Below, piece by piece: positions 20,090 to 30,012 of a stretch of DNA of 64,000 nucleotides. Origin of the DNA: Saprospiraceae bacterium. Its GTDB lineage: Bacteria > Bacteroidota > Bacteroidia > Chitinophagales > Saprospiraceae. The first letter of the stretch is position 1. Every line of letters starts with the position of its first letter. The stretch is from NCBI GenBank assembly GCA_020848995.1, contig JADLHA010000015.1:9229-73228 (forward strand), read 5' to 3'. The notes beneath the pieces are model-generated. The model did no database searches. It was not told where the DNA came from and saw only the letters and a program-made list of their open reading frames with translations. Made by a program: the position numbers and the translations under genes.

Positions 20090-23000
20090 TTAGTTGTACA
20101 TAAAGGTTAAGGTAGCCTGGCTGCCATTCCGGTCCTGTCCATTTTGATCAGGATATAAATATTGTATTCCGATGACCTCTCTGCCCTTCGCAGCCCGCAT
20201 GTGATCGACCATCTGGACGCTCCGGCTTCTTCCAATGTGCTGATTAAAAAAAGATTGCTGACTGCTTGTCATCATATCATAGGTATTGATCCGGGAACTA
20301 CCTCCTGCAAAACTAACGGTTGTTTGTGCATGCGCAAAGTTGACCAGTGCCGTGCGGAGCTGCCGGTAATGTTCAACCCCCTGTATGTGGGGTTCGTAAT
20401 CAATCTGCGTGGTCCGGTTCGCGATTGCATTGCCCGGCAGTCCGGATGGGATTCGGAGCCTGTTCGCAAACAGGAGACTGTAATCCAGACCACTGACACC
20501 AGGTGAAGCAATGATCTCGGTAAACGCATCCTGCACTTCCCCGGAAGAAAGGGCTTGCAGATAATAGGATGCGGAATTGATCTTAACGCGGGAAGAATAG
20601 GGTTCCATCCCACTGATCCCCTCCAGTTCCGGGCAGCTGATCCGGTGCCCCGGATTGGATGACTGGTATTTTCTCAACAAGTCAGCGCGGTGAAGACCTG
20701 CACTCGCATATACATGCAGTATTTTGGGCATGGTGACCTCCATCAGGTAGCGGCTCACTGGGAAGAGGGTTGCCCTGCTGCGACCATCCAGGATGTCAGG
20801 TGGAGCTTGCAATACGAAGTCTACCCTTTTTGAGAATTCGATGGCATTTCTATTGGGCACCACCTTGAATGAGGAAACATCTACCCACTCAAAGCTCTCT
20901 GCCATCTCCTTCTTCACCCTGCCCAGGTCGTATCCTAAAAAATTGACGTTTTCATATCTCCAGTTGCTCTGTTCGCTTTCCATTTTCTCTCGCATGGTCA
21001 AAAACCGCGAAGTCCTGAAAAAATAAGAAAACAACTCAACTTCGTACCTCTGCACCTGTCCTGATGGCAATTGAATGCGCTTGTACTGGGTGGATCTCAC
21101 GGTGCTGTTGCCGATGGTGTGTGCAAAGTTGACAACTTGCAACGACCGGTCCGTGCGGGACGGATCGATGCGGGGTCTGGTGAGTTCGCGCGACGCCGCT
21201 TCTGAAATGTTGAGATCGCTTATGGGCTGGTCCTTCCTTATGATCTGGATGCAATATATTTTATCCCGCAACAGATGGGAAACATTAAAAATTACACCCT
21301 TTGCCTGAAGCATCACCCGCACGGGAACATTGGTCACCTGGCCATCCTCATCGGTGAAGCGCGCATAAAATGTTGTGCGCACGTTGCTGACATCCCCTTC
21401 CTTCAGACATCGGTTGTCGGTCTGTCGACAACGGATATAACCTTCGTTGTCTTGGGTCTCTCCTTTGAGAAAGTGTCTTTGGGAAATGTACGGATAGGTA
21501 AAGGACAGATTGTCATCAACAATCTTATCGGGTTCTTCTCCGGTGGTAAAATGGTGGATTTTTTCTTCGCGAAACACACTTCCCCGCACAAGAACGTCTC
21601 TGCCGTTTTCGCGCACGCGGGCTTCAACGCGAATGCTGTGTCTGGTTAACGACCGCAGCACAGCCAGCGGTACAAATGTATAAATGTGATTGGAGTCGGT
21701 CCAGCTTCCCGTACCGGTCAGATTGACACTGGTTCCTTCCCTGCGCAATTCAAAACTGTGCATATACGGTTGAAGTCTGCGGATCACCGGAGGGTCTACC
21801 GGGGACCCATACTCTTCGATTTCAAACGTCCTGTTCATTTCCATTGAAAAAGCAGCACTCACCTCCGTATAAACTGAAACGTCGTCGGCCCCGTCGGCCG
21901 GGCTGATGTCCTGAATGATCTGAATGCCGGAGAATGGGTTTCCCGTCACCACTTCACAAACGGTCCCTGCCTGGAGTACAAATTCGCAATCGCCTTGTGC
22001 CAAACCGTTGCAGACGTTGTAATAGAATCGTCCGCGGCCGGTAACCCACTCGGGCCTTGGCAGTCCGCCTCTGAGGATAATGGCCGCACAGGCTTGCAAA
22101 ATATTTACTTTGACCTCTTCAACAAAAAGGTTGATCTTAATTCCGAACGCACCTTCGATGCCTGCATAAAATTGACCGGTGGCGTACCAGCCGTCAATTC
22201 CCGGTTCCGTATCGGTTCCGGAACAGCGCCGGTCCATGTCCGGAGTTGCATGGGTCACATTGACATCAAAACCCATTACCGAAGTGAGGTTGAAGAAGAA
22301 GGGAAAGAATTCGATGTCACCGGTACTCATGACCATGGTCATGCCCATCGCAAAACCCACCCCCGATGGTGGTGCAGGCCGAGACCGGCCGGCCACCAAA
22401 TGATCGACGTCGCCATCGAGACTTTGCACGCGGTTCGGCGTTGCCTTGGCCCGCTCGAATATGCTAAGGAAGACAGAATCCGGCTCTGGCATGATGACGG
22501 GGATGCCGTGGCCGACCATCATATAATTGGTCACCCGGAGAAGTTCGATGGGTCCAATGGCCAATCTGACGCCACAGCGGTTGGTCGGGGTTCCCATATG
22601 GAAATACCATTCATCCTCTCCCGCGAAGAACTTTGCCCAAACAAGCGCATGCTCAGGTGTCCATCCCGTCGGCACGCTGTCCAATCTGCCAATGCCACCC
22701 AAGATCGGAGGATCCATGTCATATGGTACTTTGAGCTTCACAAAAAAGCATCCATCCAAAACCGTTGGTCCCCCTGGAGGCATGTTCAGGGTCATTCGCA
22801 CGTAGCCTGCAACGGGACTTCTGCCTTCCCTGCCAACCGTAGCGACGGAGATGCCATCCGACATCACGCGGAAAGATCCCCTGAAATCAAACATGGTGAG
22901 ACCGTGTGCGAAGCTGAATGTTGCGGTGAGGGTGACGTCGAGGTTGTAGGCCTTGCCCTGATCGTTTGACCCCAGCACCACCATAAATTTAAGGCCAAGG

Positions 23001-26000
23001 TCAGTGCCAAAATCAGGAACGTACCCATCTCTGGGAATTGCCCGGTTCGAACCTACAGCTGCTCCAGCTGTAGCCAGGACATCTCTTCCCTTTGGTAGAT
23101 TTCCCACCAAGTTCATGTGATGAAAGAATCCACCTCCGAGGCCATACAGGACGACCCCAGAAAACAAGGTGATGCCCGGGTTCAGAACGACCATTCCGTC
23201 TACTGAAAAATAGGAAAACCAGCTAGCAGTATTATAATTGGTCGCCCCAGGGAGTTTCCGGCATCCAAACTCAGCGTTGATATCAATACCCACCGTGATG
23301 CCGAGTTTGATCTCGAGCTGGATACCACCCTTTACCCCTTCGTCGATGGCGTCTTTGTAGAATTCGAGGTATCCGCTAAGCTTTAGATCAGACGCCTCAA
23401 CGCGCAAATCGATGCGCTCCAGATTAACGCCCGTTAAGTCAAAGCGCTGTGGTGAAGATAAGAGGTCCATGCTGATCAGGAGCGAGATCCTGGCTGACGC
23501 CGAAAAACCGCCCTCCCCCCCCGTAAGGGTAATCCTGGGTTTGATGGTAATGCGGTCATTTGAAATTCCAAAGCTGTCTAAGCCAATGGGGAATCCCGAC
23601 ATGGAGGATTCGCTTTCTCCTTCGGGCAGATACCAATCTGGATAGTTCAATTGCAGGAAATGAGAACCCCCACCTGATCTACCACCTGGTGAAGATCCGC
23701 CCAGACCCGTAAGAGAGTAATGAAATTCTCTCGTGTCGAAACCCGTCTCTGAATTGATTCTCAAATTCCTCACTTCGATGCCAGGCATGCTAAGGGTCGA
23801 TGGCATGCTTTGTCCCTCAGGCAGGTTGCTGTTGCCAATGCGCAAAACAGCGCTGAGGTTAGCCTCGATGTAATTGTGAGTGCCAAGCGATGCTTTGACA
23901 TAACTGTCGCTGCGGATAACGGCTTCTGCCATGGATATCGGTATACGGATGTTCTCAGCGGGACGGACGGAGATGACAAAATTGATGGAATCCTTTTGCT
24001 GGATACCCTCCGCATTTGTCCGTATGTTGAGTTCAGCCTGGTAGACCATATACTGGCTGGCTTCTGCAATGGGGATGCCCAGTTTGCCGTTAAAGCCCGC
24101 CCTCCGGAAATTATTCTGAATGATTTCAAGGTAAACGGTATCCAGAGAAGCAGCCCATCCGTTGAAGTTGCCATCTCCGTCCCAGCGCAGGATGTTTTCT
24201 GCGGCAGCCCGAAACGACAAACCTGTATGGTCTATAAAGATATTTCGGAATGCAAAGGTTAGCCGCCCACGATCCGGGCCTTGCAGGCGTTCCGGCGTGC
24301 GGACACTGACTTCCTCCATAAAAAATCCCTTCCAGGTATTGAAGACGTCTGGGCTGGCCAAGGCGGGGTGGGTGTATCCAGTGGGTAGGCAGGCCCGCAG
24401 GCGATCCGGATTTTCCAGATCGGAAAGATCGACCCAGCAGTTGTGTCCTGGCTGGAAGCCCCAGCCTTCCATGCCGGGAACCTGAAATGCGTCCATGTCC
24501 ATGCGAAGCATCAAGTGCCCGCCTCGCGTAATTCGACCGCCGAAGCGCGCCTCTACCTGACCTGAGGCCATGACTTCACCGGAAGCGTTTTCGGGCAGCA
24601 GCCATTCGCGCGTAAATCGAGCCGCACCAAAGAGGTTGAGCGCCCTGAATCCCTCGCAATCCCATTCTACAGAAGTCACCGTCGTGCGGTCGGGGTTTCC
24701 ATAAGCGCCCTTGATTCGAAATTCATTGTCATTCCCAAGAGGGAATACCTGGTCCTGCGGCAGATACAAGCGCACGTCGTTACCAAATCCATCGGGTGTA
24801 ATGCATACCTGCGCCCCGAGTGAAATAAACCCGTTGACAAACTCGAGGTTGGGAATGCGGATATTGACCACGAGGTCCATCGAAGCGGAGTCCTTCAACA
24901 CGCGCAGGTTCATCAGGCCTATTACAATCCGGGCACCTCCGATTTCCTTGTCGATGCCAATCGGGAGACTGACTTTGGAACCGGCGCTCAGCAGGCTGAG
25001 CAACTTTGAACCTGCCTCCAGCCCTGCTTCCATCGCATCGGCGGCCCCCTCATCCATGCCCAGCAGACGGCCCAGACCTGAAAGGTGTTCGGAAACCGGA
25101 AAAGCCTCCTCTATAACGGGCGTTAGCGTACCACCAATCATTTGCCGCGAAGCATTGATTTGAATACCGCTCAGCCTGAATTTAATTTTTACATTGTTTA
25201 AATAGCGGAGTTGCAAGTAACCAATACCTGTACCGGCAGACTCCAATGACTCCACTTCAACAGTAAATCCTGCAGCTGTAAAACTGCTTCCGGCAGAAAT
25301 GCTCCCTGAAGGTGTCGTTGAAGTGATTTCCGGAAACCTACAGGGAGAGGCACATGTACTCCGGCTCTCTTCCTCAGGAGTCTCTTCCCCGGACTCTGCC
25401 CGGATGTGGAATCGCCTGATCGGGCTGCTGTGGTAAAATTCGGAATTGCTAAAGTAAAACTCCTCTCGCTGCGAGTCTTCGGTAAGTGATTCGGGCACGT
25501 ATTGTGCCGGATCCAAGAGCCATAACACCCTCCAATAATAGTCTCCACTGTCAGACAGGACCTTTTCGCGATCGTTTACGACAAAAATTCCGGTCATCAG
25601 ATCCTCCACCGATGCAAAATTTCTTCCACCAATTCGAGCTGAAAATGCTCCGACAATGCTGTCCGCAACAAAACGCTCAGAGGTCGAAATCTGAAGTACC
25701 CATCGCTCATCGACTTCACCGTAATAACTGGCATCCTCGATGGTGCGACCGTGCATGCGCAACAGATAAAACACGTCGGGAAAAGAATTTGCGGGCAAAG
25801 CCCCGTTATCCCAACGAAATTCTACGGATCCGGGATCCACCGTAGCGCCATTAGCAGGGCTTACCAATCCGGGAATGGGCATTCCGGATACAAAATTGCT
25901 TTGCAGGACAAATGGATGAACGACTCCGTCATCCATCGTCATCCTCACATCAGCGGCTGCACGATTGGCCCTTGCTCTTTGAAACGCTGGCGTATTCCAG

Positions 26001-27244
26001 GTATCATTTAACATGAATCTTCTGGCCCGCTCCTCGCTGGCGTCACTGATTCCCTGGTTGATGAGGTATTGCAGCGGTCCGCCCGTGGTCCAGCGCAAAT
26101 CGTCGCTGCGGTTATACCGGTTTGTACCGGACGCAGGATCGACCAGGTTGACGGTGTACTCCAGCCTGCGGTACTCCGGACAATAAGGGTCGAATTCAAT
26201 CATCAAGGGCAGCATCGAAAACGGCAGGGTGTCGTTTTCAGAGGGAAAGTAAAAGGCGCACCTTGGAGCCGTGCAATCACCTATTGAAAATTCCTCGGAG
26301 ATGCAACCGGAATAATTTTCCACATCATCCGTCTCCGCTTCCTCTCCTTCCTCCGGTCGCGATAAATAATAAAACCGGACGATGTTGCTGTTACCCCGGT
26401 CGACAAACATCAAACGCCCATCCGGGTCAAATGCAGTCACAAAAGCAATGTACTCATGCCCCTCAGTCATCAAAAGGTCAATTCCCCCTCTCAAAACGGC
26501 CATAGCCTGTTGCGTTTCCTGCTGATAGGTTCCCGCAAGGTTGAGGTCGTAGACTTCATCGATGTAGAAGGCCAAATCGTTTTCAGTAGCATCGATCACA
26601 TTCAGCCGGTAGGTCATCCTGGAACGATCTGCCGGGGGCACTGCACTGATGTCGTGCATCCAGGCGATGGTGAAGATTTCGCTGACCACCTCTTCATCGG
26701 AAGGCATTACGATTTGCGGCCGTTCGATGAAACTCACCGTAAAATCGGCACATCCTGTTGAGGGATCTGAAATGAGGTTACCCGCTTCGTCGATCGCGGA
26801 AAAACAGATGGTATAATCGCCATCCGGTATGGCATGATGCAGATCGATGGCATTGAGTTGTTCATCTGTCAGGTTGTTGGTGTTTTCAAATCCACCCGTA
26901 GATGACCCGAGATCGCTCAATTGGTTTCCATTAAACATCCGCGTCTGGAAACCGGTGATCTCGAGCGGCTCCCCCAGGTATTGAATGTTAGCCTCTATGC
27001 CACTCGGGCCTGTGATCCGGGCCATAAATCTGAAGCGATATGTACTTCCCGTGGTATTTTGAATGGTAATGAAGACGTTTGACAAATCGTCAACGTAAAA
27101 GTCAAGGTCACTGGAATAGGGCGGGGTGATCACGGTATTGACGGTCAACTGAGCTGTGACCCGCTCCGTGCCGATAGATACCCAAAAAATCACCGGAAGC
27201 GTTGCTAAAATCAAACATCTGGTTTGCCATTGAAAATAATGCAT
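20090..27244 (-). CDS. Giant secreted protein (~2,384 aa) of unknown function
   Basis: The ORF is uninterrupted from 20090 to 27343. I prefer the internal ATG 27244 because it yields the signal peptide MHYFQWQTRCLILATLPVIFWVSIGTERVTAQ. The N-terminus reads as beta-sandwich-like modules. I see no catalytic motif and no T9SS CTD. Confidence 0.8.
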   Translation of the reverse strand: MHYFQWQTRCLILATLPVIFWVSIGTERVTAQLTVNTVITPPYSSDLDFYVDDLSNVFITIQNTTGSTYRFRFMARITGPSGIEANIQYLGEPLEITGFQTRMFNGNQLSDLGSSTGGFENTNNLTDEQLNAIDLHHAIPDGDYTICFSAIDEAGNLISDPSTGCADFTVSFIERPQIVMPSDEEVVSEIFTIAWMHDISAVPPADRSRMTYRLNVIDATENDLAFYIDEVYDLNLAGTYQQETQQAMAVLRGGIDLLMTEGHEYIAFVTAFDPDGRLMFVDRGNSNIVRFYYLSRPEEGEEAETDDVENYSGCISEEFSIGDCTAPRCAFYFPSENDTLPFSMLPLMIEFDPYCPEYRRLEYTVNLVDPASGTNRYNRSDDLRWTTGGPLQYLINQGISDASEERARRFMLNDTWNTPAFQRARANRAAADVRMTMDDGVVHPFVLQSNFVSGMPIPGLVSPANGATVDPGSVEFRWDNGALPANSFPDVFYLLRMHGRTIEDASYYGEVDERWVLQISTSERFVADSIVGAFSARIGGRNFASVEDLMTGIFVVNDREKVLSDSGDYYWRVLWLLDPAQYVPESLTEDSQREEFYFSNSEFYHSSPIRRFHIRAESGEETPEEESRSTCASPCRFPEITSTTPSGSISAGSSFTAAGFTVEVESLESAGTGIGYLQLRYLNNVKIKFRLSGIQINASRQMIGGTLTPVIEEAFPVSEHLSGLGRLLGMDEGAADAMEAGLEAGSKLLSLLSAGSKVSLPIGIDKEIGGARIVIGLMNLRVLKDSASMDLVVNIRIPNLEFVNGFISLGAQVCITPDGFGNDVRLYLPQDQVFPLGNDNEFRIKGAYGNPDRTTVTSVEWDCEGFRALNLFGAARFTREWLLPENASGEVMASGQVEARFGGRITRGGHLMLRMDMDAFQVPGMEGWGFQPGHNCWVDLSDLENPDRLRACLPTGYTHPALASPDVFNTWKGFFMEEVSVRTPERLQGPDRGRLTFAFRNIFIDHTGLSFRAAAENILRWDGDGNFNGWAASLDTVYLEIIQNNFRRAGFNGKLGIPIAEASQYMVYQAELNIRTNAEGIQQKDSINFVISVRPAENIRIPISMAEAVIRSDSYVKASLGTHNYIEANLSAVLRIGNSNLPEGQSMPSTLSMPGIEVRNLRINSETGFDTREFHYSLTGLGGSSPGGRSGGGSHFLQLNYPDWYLPEGESESSMSGFPIGLDSFGISNDRITIKPRITLTGGEGGFSASARISLLISMDLLSSPQRFDLTGVNLERIDLRVEASDLKLSGYLEFYKDAIDEGVKGGIQLEIKLGITVGIDINAEFGCRKLPGATNYNTASWFSYFSVDGMVVLNPGITLFSGVVLYGLGGGFFHHMNLVGNLPKGRDVLATAGAAVGSNRAIPRDGYVPDFGTDLGLKFMVVLGSNDQGKAYNLDVTLTATFSFAHGLTMFDFRGSFRVMSDGISVATVGREGRSPVAGYVRMTLNMPPGGPTVLDGCFFVKLKVPYDMDPPILGGIGRLDSVPTGWTPEHALVWAKFFAGEDEWYFHMGTPTNRCGVRLAIGPIELLRVTNYMMVGHGIPVIMPEPDSVFLSIFERAKATPNRVQSLDGDVDHLVAGRSRPAPPSGVGFAMGMTMVMSTGDIEFFPFFFNLTSVMGFDVNVTHATPDMDRRCSGTDTEPGIDGWYATGQFYAGIEGAFGIKINLFVEEVKVNILQACAAIILRGGLPRPEWVTGRGRFYYNVCNGLAQGDCEFVLQAGTVCEVVTGNPFSGIQIIQDISPADGADDVSVYTEVSAAFSMEMNRTFEIEEYGSPVDPPVIRRLQPYMHSFELRREGTSVNLTGTGSWTDSNHIYTFVPLAVLRSLTRHSIRVEARVRENGRDVLVRGSVFREEKIHHFTTGEEPDKIVDDNLSFTYPYISQRHFLKGETQDNEGYIRCRQTDNRCLKEGDVSNVRTTFYARFTDEDGQVTNVPVRVMLQAKGVIFNVSHLLRDKIYCIQIIRKDQPISDLNISEAASRELTRPRIDPSRTDRSLQVVNFAHTIGNSTVRSTQYKRIQLPSGQVQRYEVELFSYFFRTSRFLTMREKMESEQSNWRYENVNFLGYDLGRVKKEMAESFEWVDVSSFKVVPNRNAIEFSKRVDFVLQAPPDILDGRSRATLFPVSRYLMEVTMPKILHVYASAGLHRADLLRKYQSSNPGHRISCPELEGISGMEPYSSRVKINSASYYLQALSSGEVQDAFTEIIASPGVSGLDYSLLFANRLRIPSGLPGNAIANRTTQIDYEPHIQGVEHYRQLRTALVNFAHAQTTVSFAGGSSRINTYDMMTSSQQSFFNQHIGRSRSVQMVDHMRAAKGREVIGIQYLYPDQNGQDRNGSQATLTFMYN

Positions 27245-27323
27245 TATACATTTATAAATACGAACAAACGTTCGTTCTCTTTTACCTTTAATAGAACACA
27301 TTTCAGAGAATGCATCCCTTCGA

Positions 27324-29039
27324 TCATAGTGGATTGCTTCCATGCTGCCTGTTTTGAAAGAGGGAATAATTCAAATTGATAGATAATCGCAAGTCATTAA
27401 ATTTGGATGTCACCAAAGAAGACTTGTCGAGATAGGCCAGCGACGTGGTGACCGCAATTGCCGGTGTAATGGCAAACCCACAATTTAATGAAAAATTCAC
27501 GGTTTTTCCGTCATCGTGCTCGCCTGCTTTGAGAAGATAGTAGCCACCGGCTGCTCTGAATGATAATTTTGGCGCATCAAAATTTTTACTAAAACTCAGA
27601 TTTGCGCCGGATCGACGCTGCTCACCCTGTTCGAATTGCTCCGTTCCGGTGATCAGGCCCAACGTCATACTCGCTTTGAGTAAGCGCGCCTGTACATTAT
27701 AGTTCAGACCGTAGTGGATTACCTTTCCGGTTCCAAATGCAGAGGCAACAGGGCTAACGTCTTCGAGCTCGCTTTGCTGATAGGACAGTCCCAACTGATG
27801 AGGCCATCTGGTGTTTCCGAACTTTATCTGCGGGCTGAGTTGGATAACGGCTGTATTCCGCACCAGCCGGAATGTATCATTGAGCTGAGCAATTCCGGGC
27901 GACTGGTCCATTGTAAAATTGGAAAAGGAGCCCTGTAGAGCAAAGTTTTTGTGAGGAGCCAGCATTGCGTTGGCACTTAGAATCGTTTTTTTGGAAGTAT
28001 TCCTCCGGATGCTGTTCAGATTGCTGGTCTGCCATCCGGACACCGTATTCAATACCAGCTTGTTCTTCCAAACTCGGAGACCAATGCGGAGGGTGATGTC
28101 TTCCACATCATCCTGAATGTAATGCATCCCAAAACTACGGTAATTGGGATCGATGTGTTTGAACACGACTCCAACGTTGAAGAAGCGGTGGTTGTATTTC
28201 AAAGAAGCATCGTATGCCAGGTTGGCGCGAGTGGTGTTGTTGGTCGTCATAAAGGGATCGACGAAAATCTGAATATCCCGGCTTCGCTTATCCTGCAGGC
28301 TGTCCTCCCTGGCCAGTTGATTGTTCGTCAACGTTGAGAGATCTGCATTGACCTCAAACTGGAAGCCCTGCAAAAAAGCGAATTTTCCCCTTGCCCCCAG
28401 CACCAGATTTTCAGCAGGAGCAAAAATGGTTCGGTTGATCAATGTATCGGTATTTGCAATGTAATCATCCTTAGCCTTTAAAAAATGAAGGTCGATGTGT
28501 CTTCGCTCCTTACCAAAACCCAGATTGATGCCGTATATACTGCGGCGATAATCCTGGATAAGGTGGGAATAGAATGCCAGGGAATCCAGATGGTAATTAG
28601 GGGTCTTTACCGTTCCATACATTCCGGAAAAGCGGAATAAACCCGGGGTCATTTCCACCCCTGCGCCCAGAAATGTGATTCCGTTGAGCGAATAATTGCT
28701 GAATTGCATCACGCGATGGCCCAGATGGAGTTTGACCCAGCGATACGATGGACTCAGCCCGAACCTGACAAAAGGGTTGGAAAATCCCGCAGTAAAGCGA
28801 CCCGTTCGAAAGGTGAGGTGGATCGGTATCTGTATGGTAAAAAGCTCCAGATTTCCGCGGAAGCTGGCGAGATATCCCGAAGAATTCACTTCCGCTGTAT
28901 CCCTAGTCTGGTAGCTTCCGTTATACGAAAGACTCAGGTATGCACTTTTTTTGAACAGATTTCCTTTTCTAAAAGAGCTGATGTCCTGGGAGCCAACAAG
29001 ACACGGAAGAAGTACAAACAAGCATACTGTAAATCGCAT
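27324..29039 (-). CDS. Predicted outer-membrane beta-barrel protein (571 aa)
   Basis: It has a signal peptide (MRFTVCLFVLLPCLVGSQ). Amphipathic beta-strand periodicity runs the whole length, and an aromatic-terminated segment LSINLNYSLF lies near the C-terminus. I recognise no POTRA, plug or OmpA domain. Confidence 0.6.
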   Translation of the reverse strand: MRFTVCLFVLLPCLVGSQDISSFRKGNLFKKSAYLSLSYNGSYQTRDTAEVNSSGYLASFRGNLELFTIQIPIHLTFRTGRFTAGFSNPFVRFGLSPSYRWVKLHLGHRVMQFSNYSLNGITFLGAGVEMTPGLFRFSGMYGTVKTPNYHLDSLAFYSHLIQDYRRSIYGINLGFGKERRHIDLHFLKAKDDYIANTDTLINRTIFAPAENLVLGARGKFAFLQGFQFEVNADLSTLTNNQLAREDSLQDKRSRDIQIFVDPFMTTNNTTRANLAYDASLKYNHRFFNVGVVFKHIDPNYRSFGMHYIQDDVEDITLRIGLRVWKNKLVLNTVSGWQTSNLNSIRRNTSKKTILSANAMLAPHKNFALQGSFSNFTMDQSPGIAQLNDTFRLVRNTAVIQLSPQIKFGNTRWPHQLGLSYQQSELEDVSPVASAFGTGKVIHYGLNYNVQARLLKASMTLGLITGTEQFEQGEQRRSGANLSFSKNFDAPKLSFRAAGGYYLLKAGEHDDGKTVNFSLNCGFAITPAIAVTTSLAYLDKSSLVTSKFNDLRLSINLNYSLFQNRQHGSNPL

Positions 29040-29061
29040 ACCTTTCAGTGCTCAGTCGAAT

Positions 29062-30012
29062 CTATCTACTCCGTCTGGGTGGGGCCGGATCGGCAACTCC
29101 GAGATGGTCTCTGATAATACTTCTCAACCATATAGGGAATGGGTGTCCATACGGGTTGACTAACTTACCGGGTATTGCGGGGTCTGGCGTCCGGTTCTCC
29201 GCATCAAACCAAACGCCATCTGGTTCGTACTGGGCTCCGCCTCTGGAGCGCCAGTTTTTCCTGAAATGATAGGAGGCAATGCCCTGAGCAATCACCTCAC
29301 TTGGACCGCGGCTATCTCCTCTGTAATAATATACCGTTCTACCATCTCTGGTATAGCTTGAATTCAGGTAATCCTGGAATTGATCTCGGTATTCAGGAAG
29401 ATTTCCATAATGTTCCGCCAATTGAAATTCCCTGTCTACAAAATGTCCTATCTCGTGCAGTAGGGTAATGCGAACGTTCGTTCGTTCTTCCCGGTCGAAT
29501 GCCATCGGATGAAGGGTGATGACATCATAAAGGTCATTTCTCCTTACGCAACGCCTTGCACCCCCTCCTATACTGTGACCATCTCCGTCCTTGCTATCGC
29601 GCCTTCCCGGACGACTCGGAGCCAGCGCCCCCGTCAGGGGAACTGCAATCCGGAAATTCACCGGCAATGCTGGCAGGTAGTTTTCCGGCAGCACCGCCAT
29701 GACTTCACGGATCACGTCAAGTTGATCCGAGGTAATATTGTAAAAACGGAAAGTGCGCCCCCGGATATTTTCTTCAATGAGTTCACCCCAGATGGTAGAG
29801 ATGTTTTCCTGGCCGGCATTTTCTTCGATGCACAATACCCTGCGGGCATTCATGACGTAACAACATTGGCAACCTTCACTTTCGCAATTGGAGACCAGTC
29901 TCGCAACGCGCGTGGGGCGTTCCTGTCGGCGGGGCTCGGGGTCATCTTGCGCAAACAGCGTGGGCACGTTACAAAAGGTGTAGGCCACCAGGATCAGGAG
30001 TACCCCTTTCAT
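29062..30012 (-). CDS. Secreted HExxH zinc metallopeptidase-like protein
   Basis: It has a signal peptide (MKGVLLILVAYTFCNVPTLFAQ) and the zincin motif TLLHEIGHFVDREF. Its start codon overlaps the stop of the upstream collagen-like gene (ATGA). Confidence 0.7.
   Translation of the reverse strand: MKGVLLILVAYTFCNVPTLFAQDDPEPRRQERPTRVARLVSNCESEGCQCCYVMNARRVLCIEENAGQENISTIWGELIEENIRGRTFRFYNITSDQLDVIREVMAVLPENYLPALPVNFRIAVPLTGALAPSRPGRRDSKDGDGHSIGGGARRCVRRNDLYDVITLHPMAFDREERTNVRITLLHEIGHFVDREFQLAEHYGNLPEYRDQFQDYLNSSYTRDGRTVYYYRGDSRGPSEVIAQGIASYHFRKNWRSRGGAQYEPDGVWFDAENRTPDPAIPGKLVNPYGHPFPIWLRSIIRDHLGVADPAPPRRSR

Noticed and set aside
21995-22969. A 324-aa plus-strand ORF lies inside the giant gene.
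   Set aside because: It is antisense to a 7.2-kb uninterrupted ORF, has no motifs and has no independent start context.
27245-27343. A 33-codon N-terminal extension of the giant ORF (MEAIHYDRRDAF...) would overlap the barrel gene by 20 nt.
   Set aside because: The extension is charged and has no signal-peptide character, whereas Met34 starts a textbook signal peptide. It is kept as an alternative only; proteomics or ribosome profiling would decide.
20090-27343. The giant might be the T9SS translocon SprA/Sov, given its ~2,400 aa size and the Bacteroidota context.
   Set aside because: I do not see the conserved SprA sequence blocks that I remember. The N-terminus is modular and beta-sandwich-like. 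The gene sits in an accessory-looking operon with its own barrel. I cannot exclude remote homology without an HMM search.
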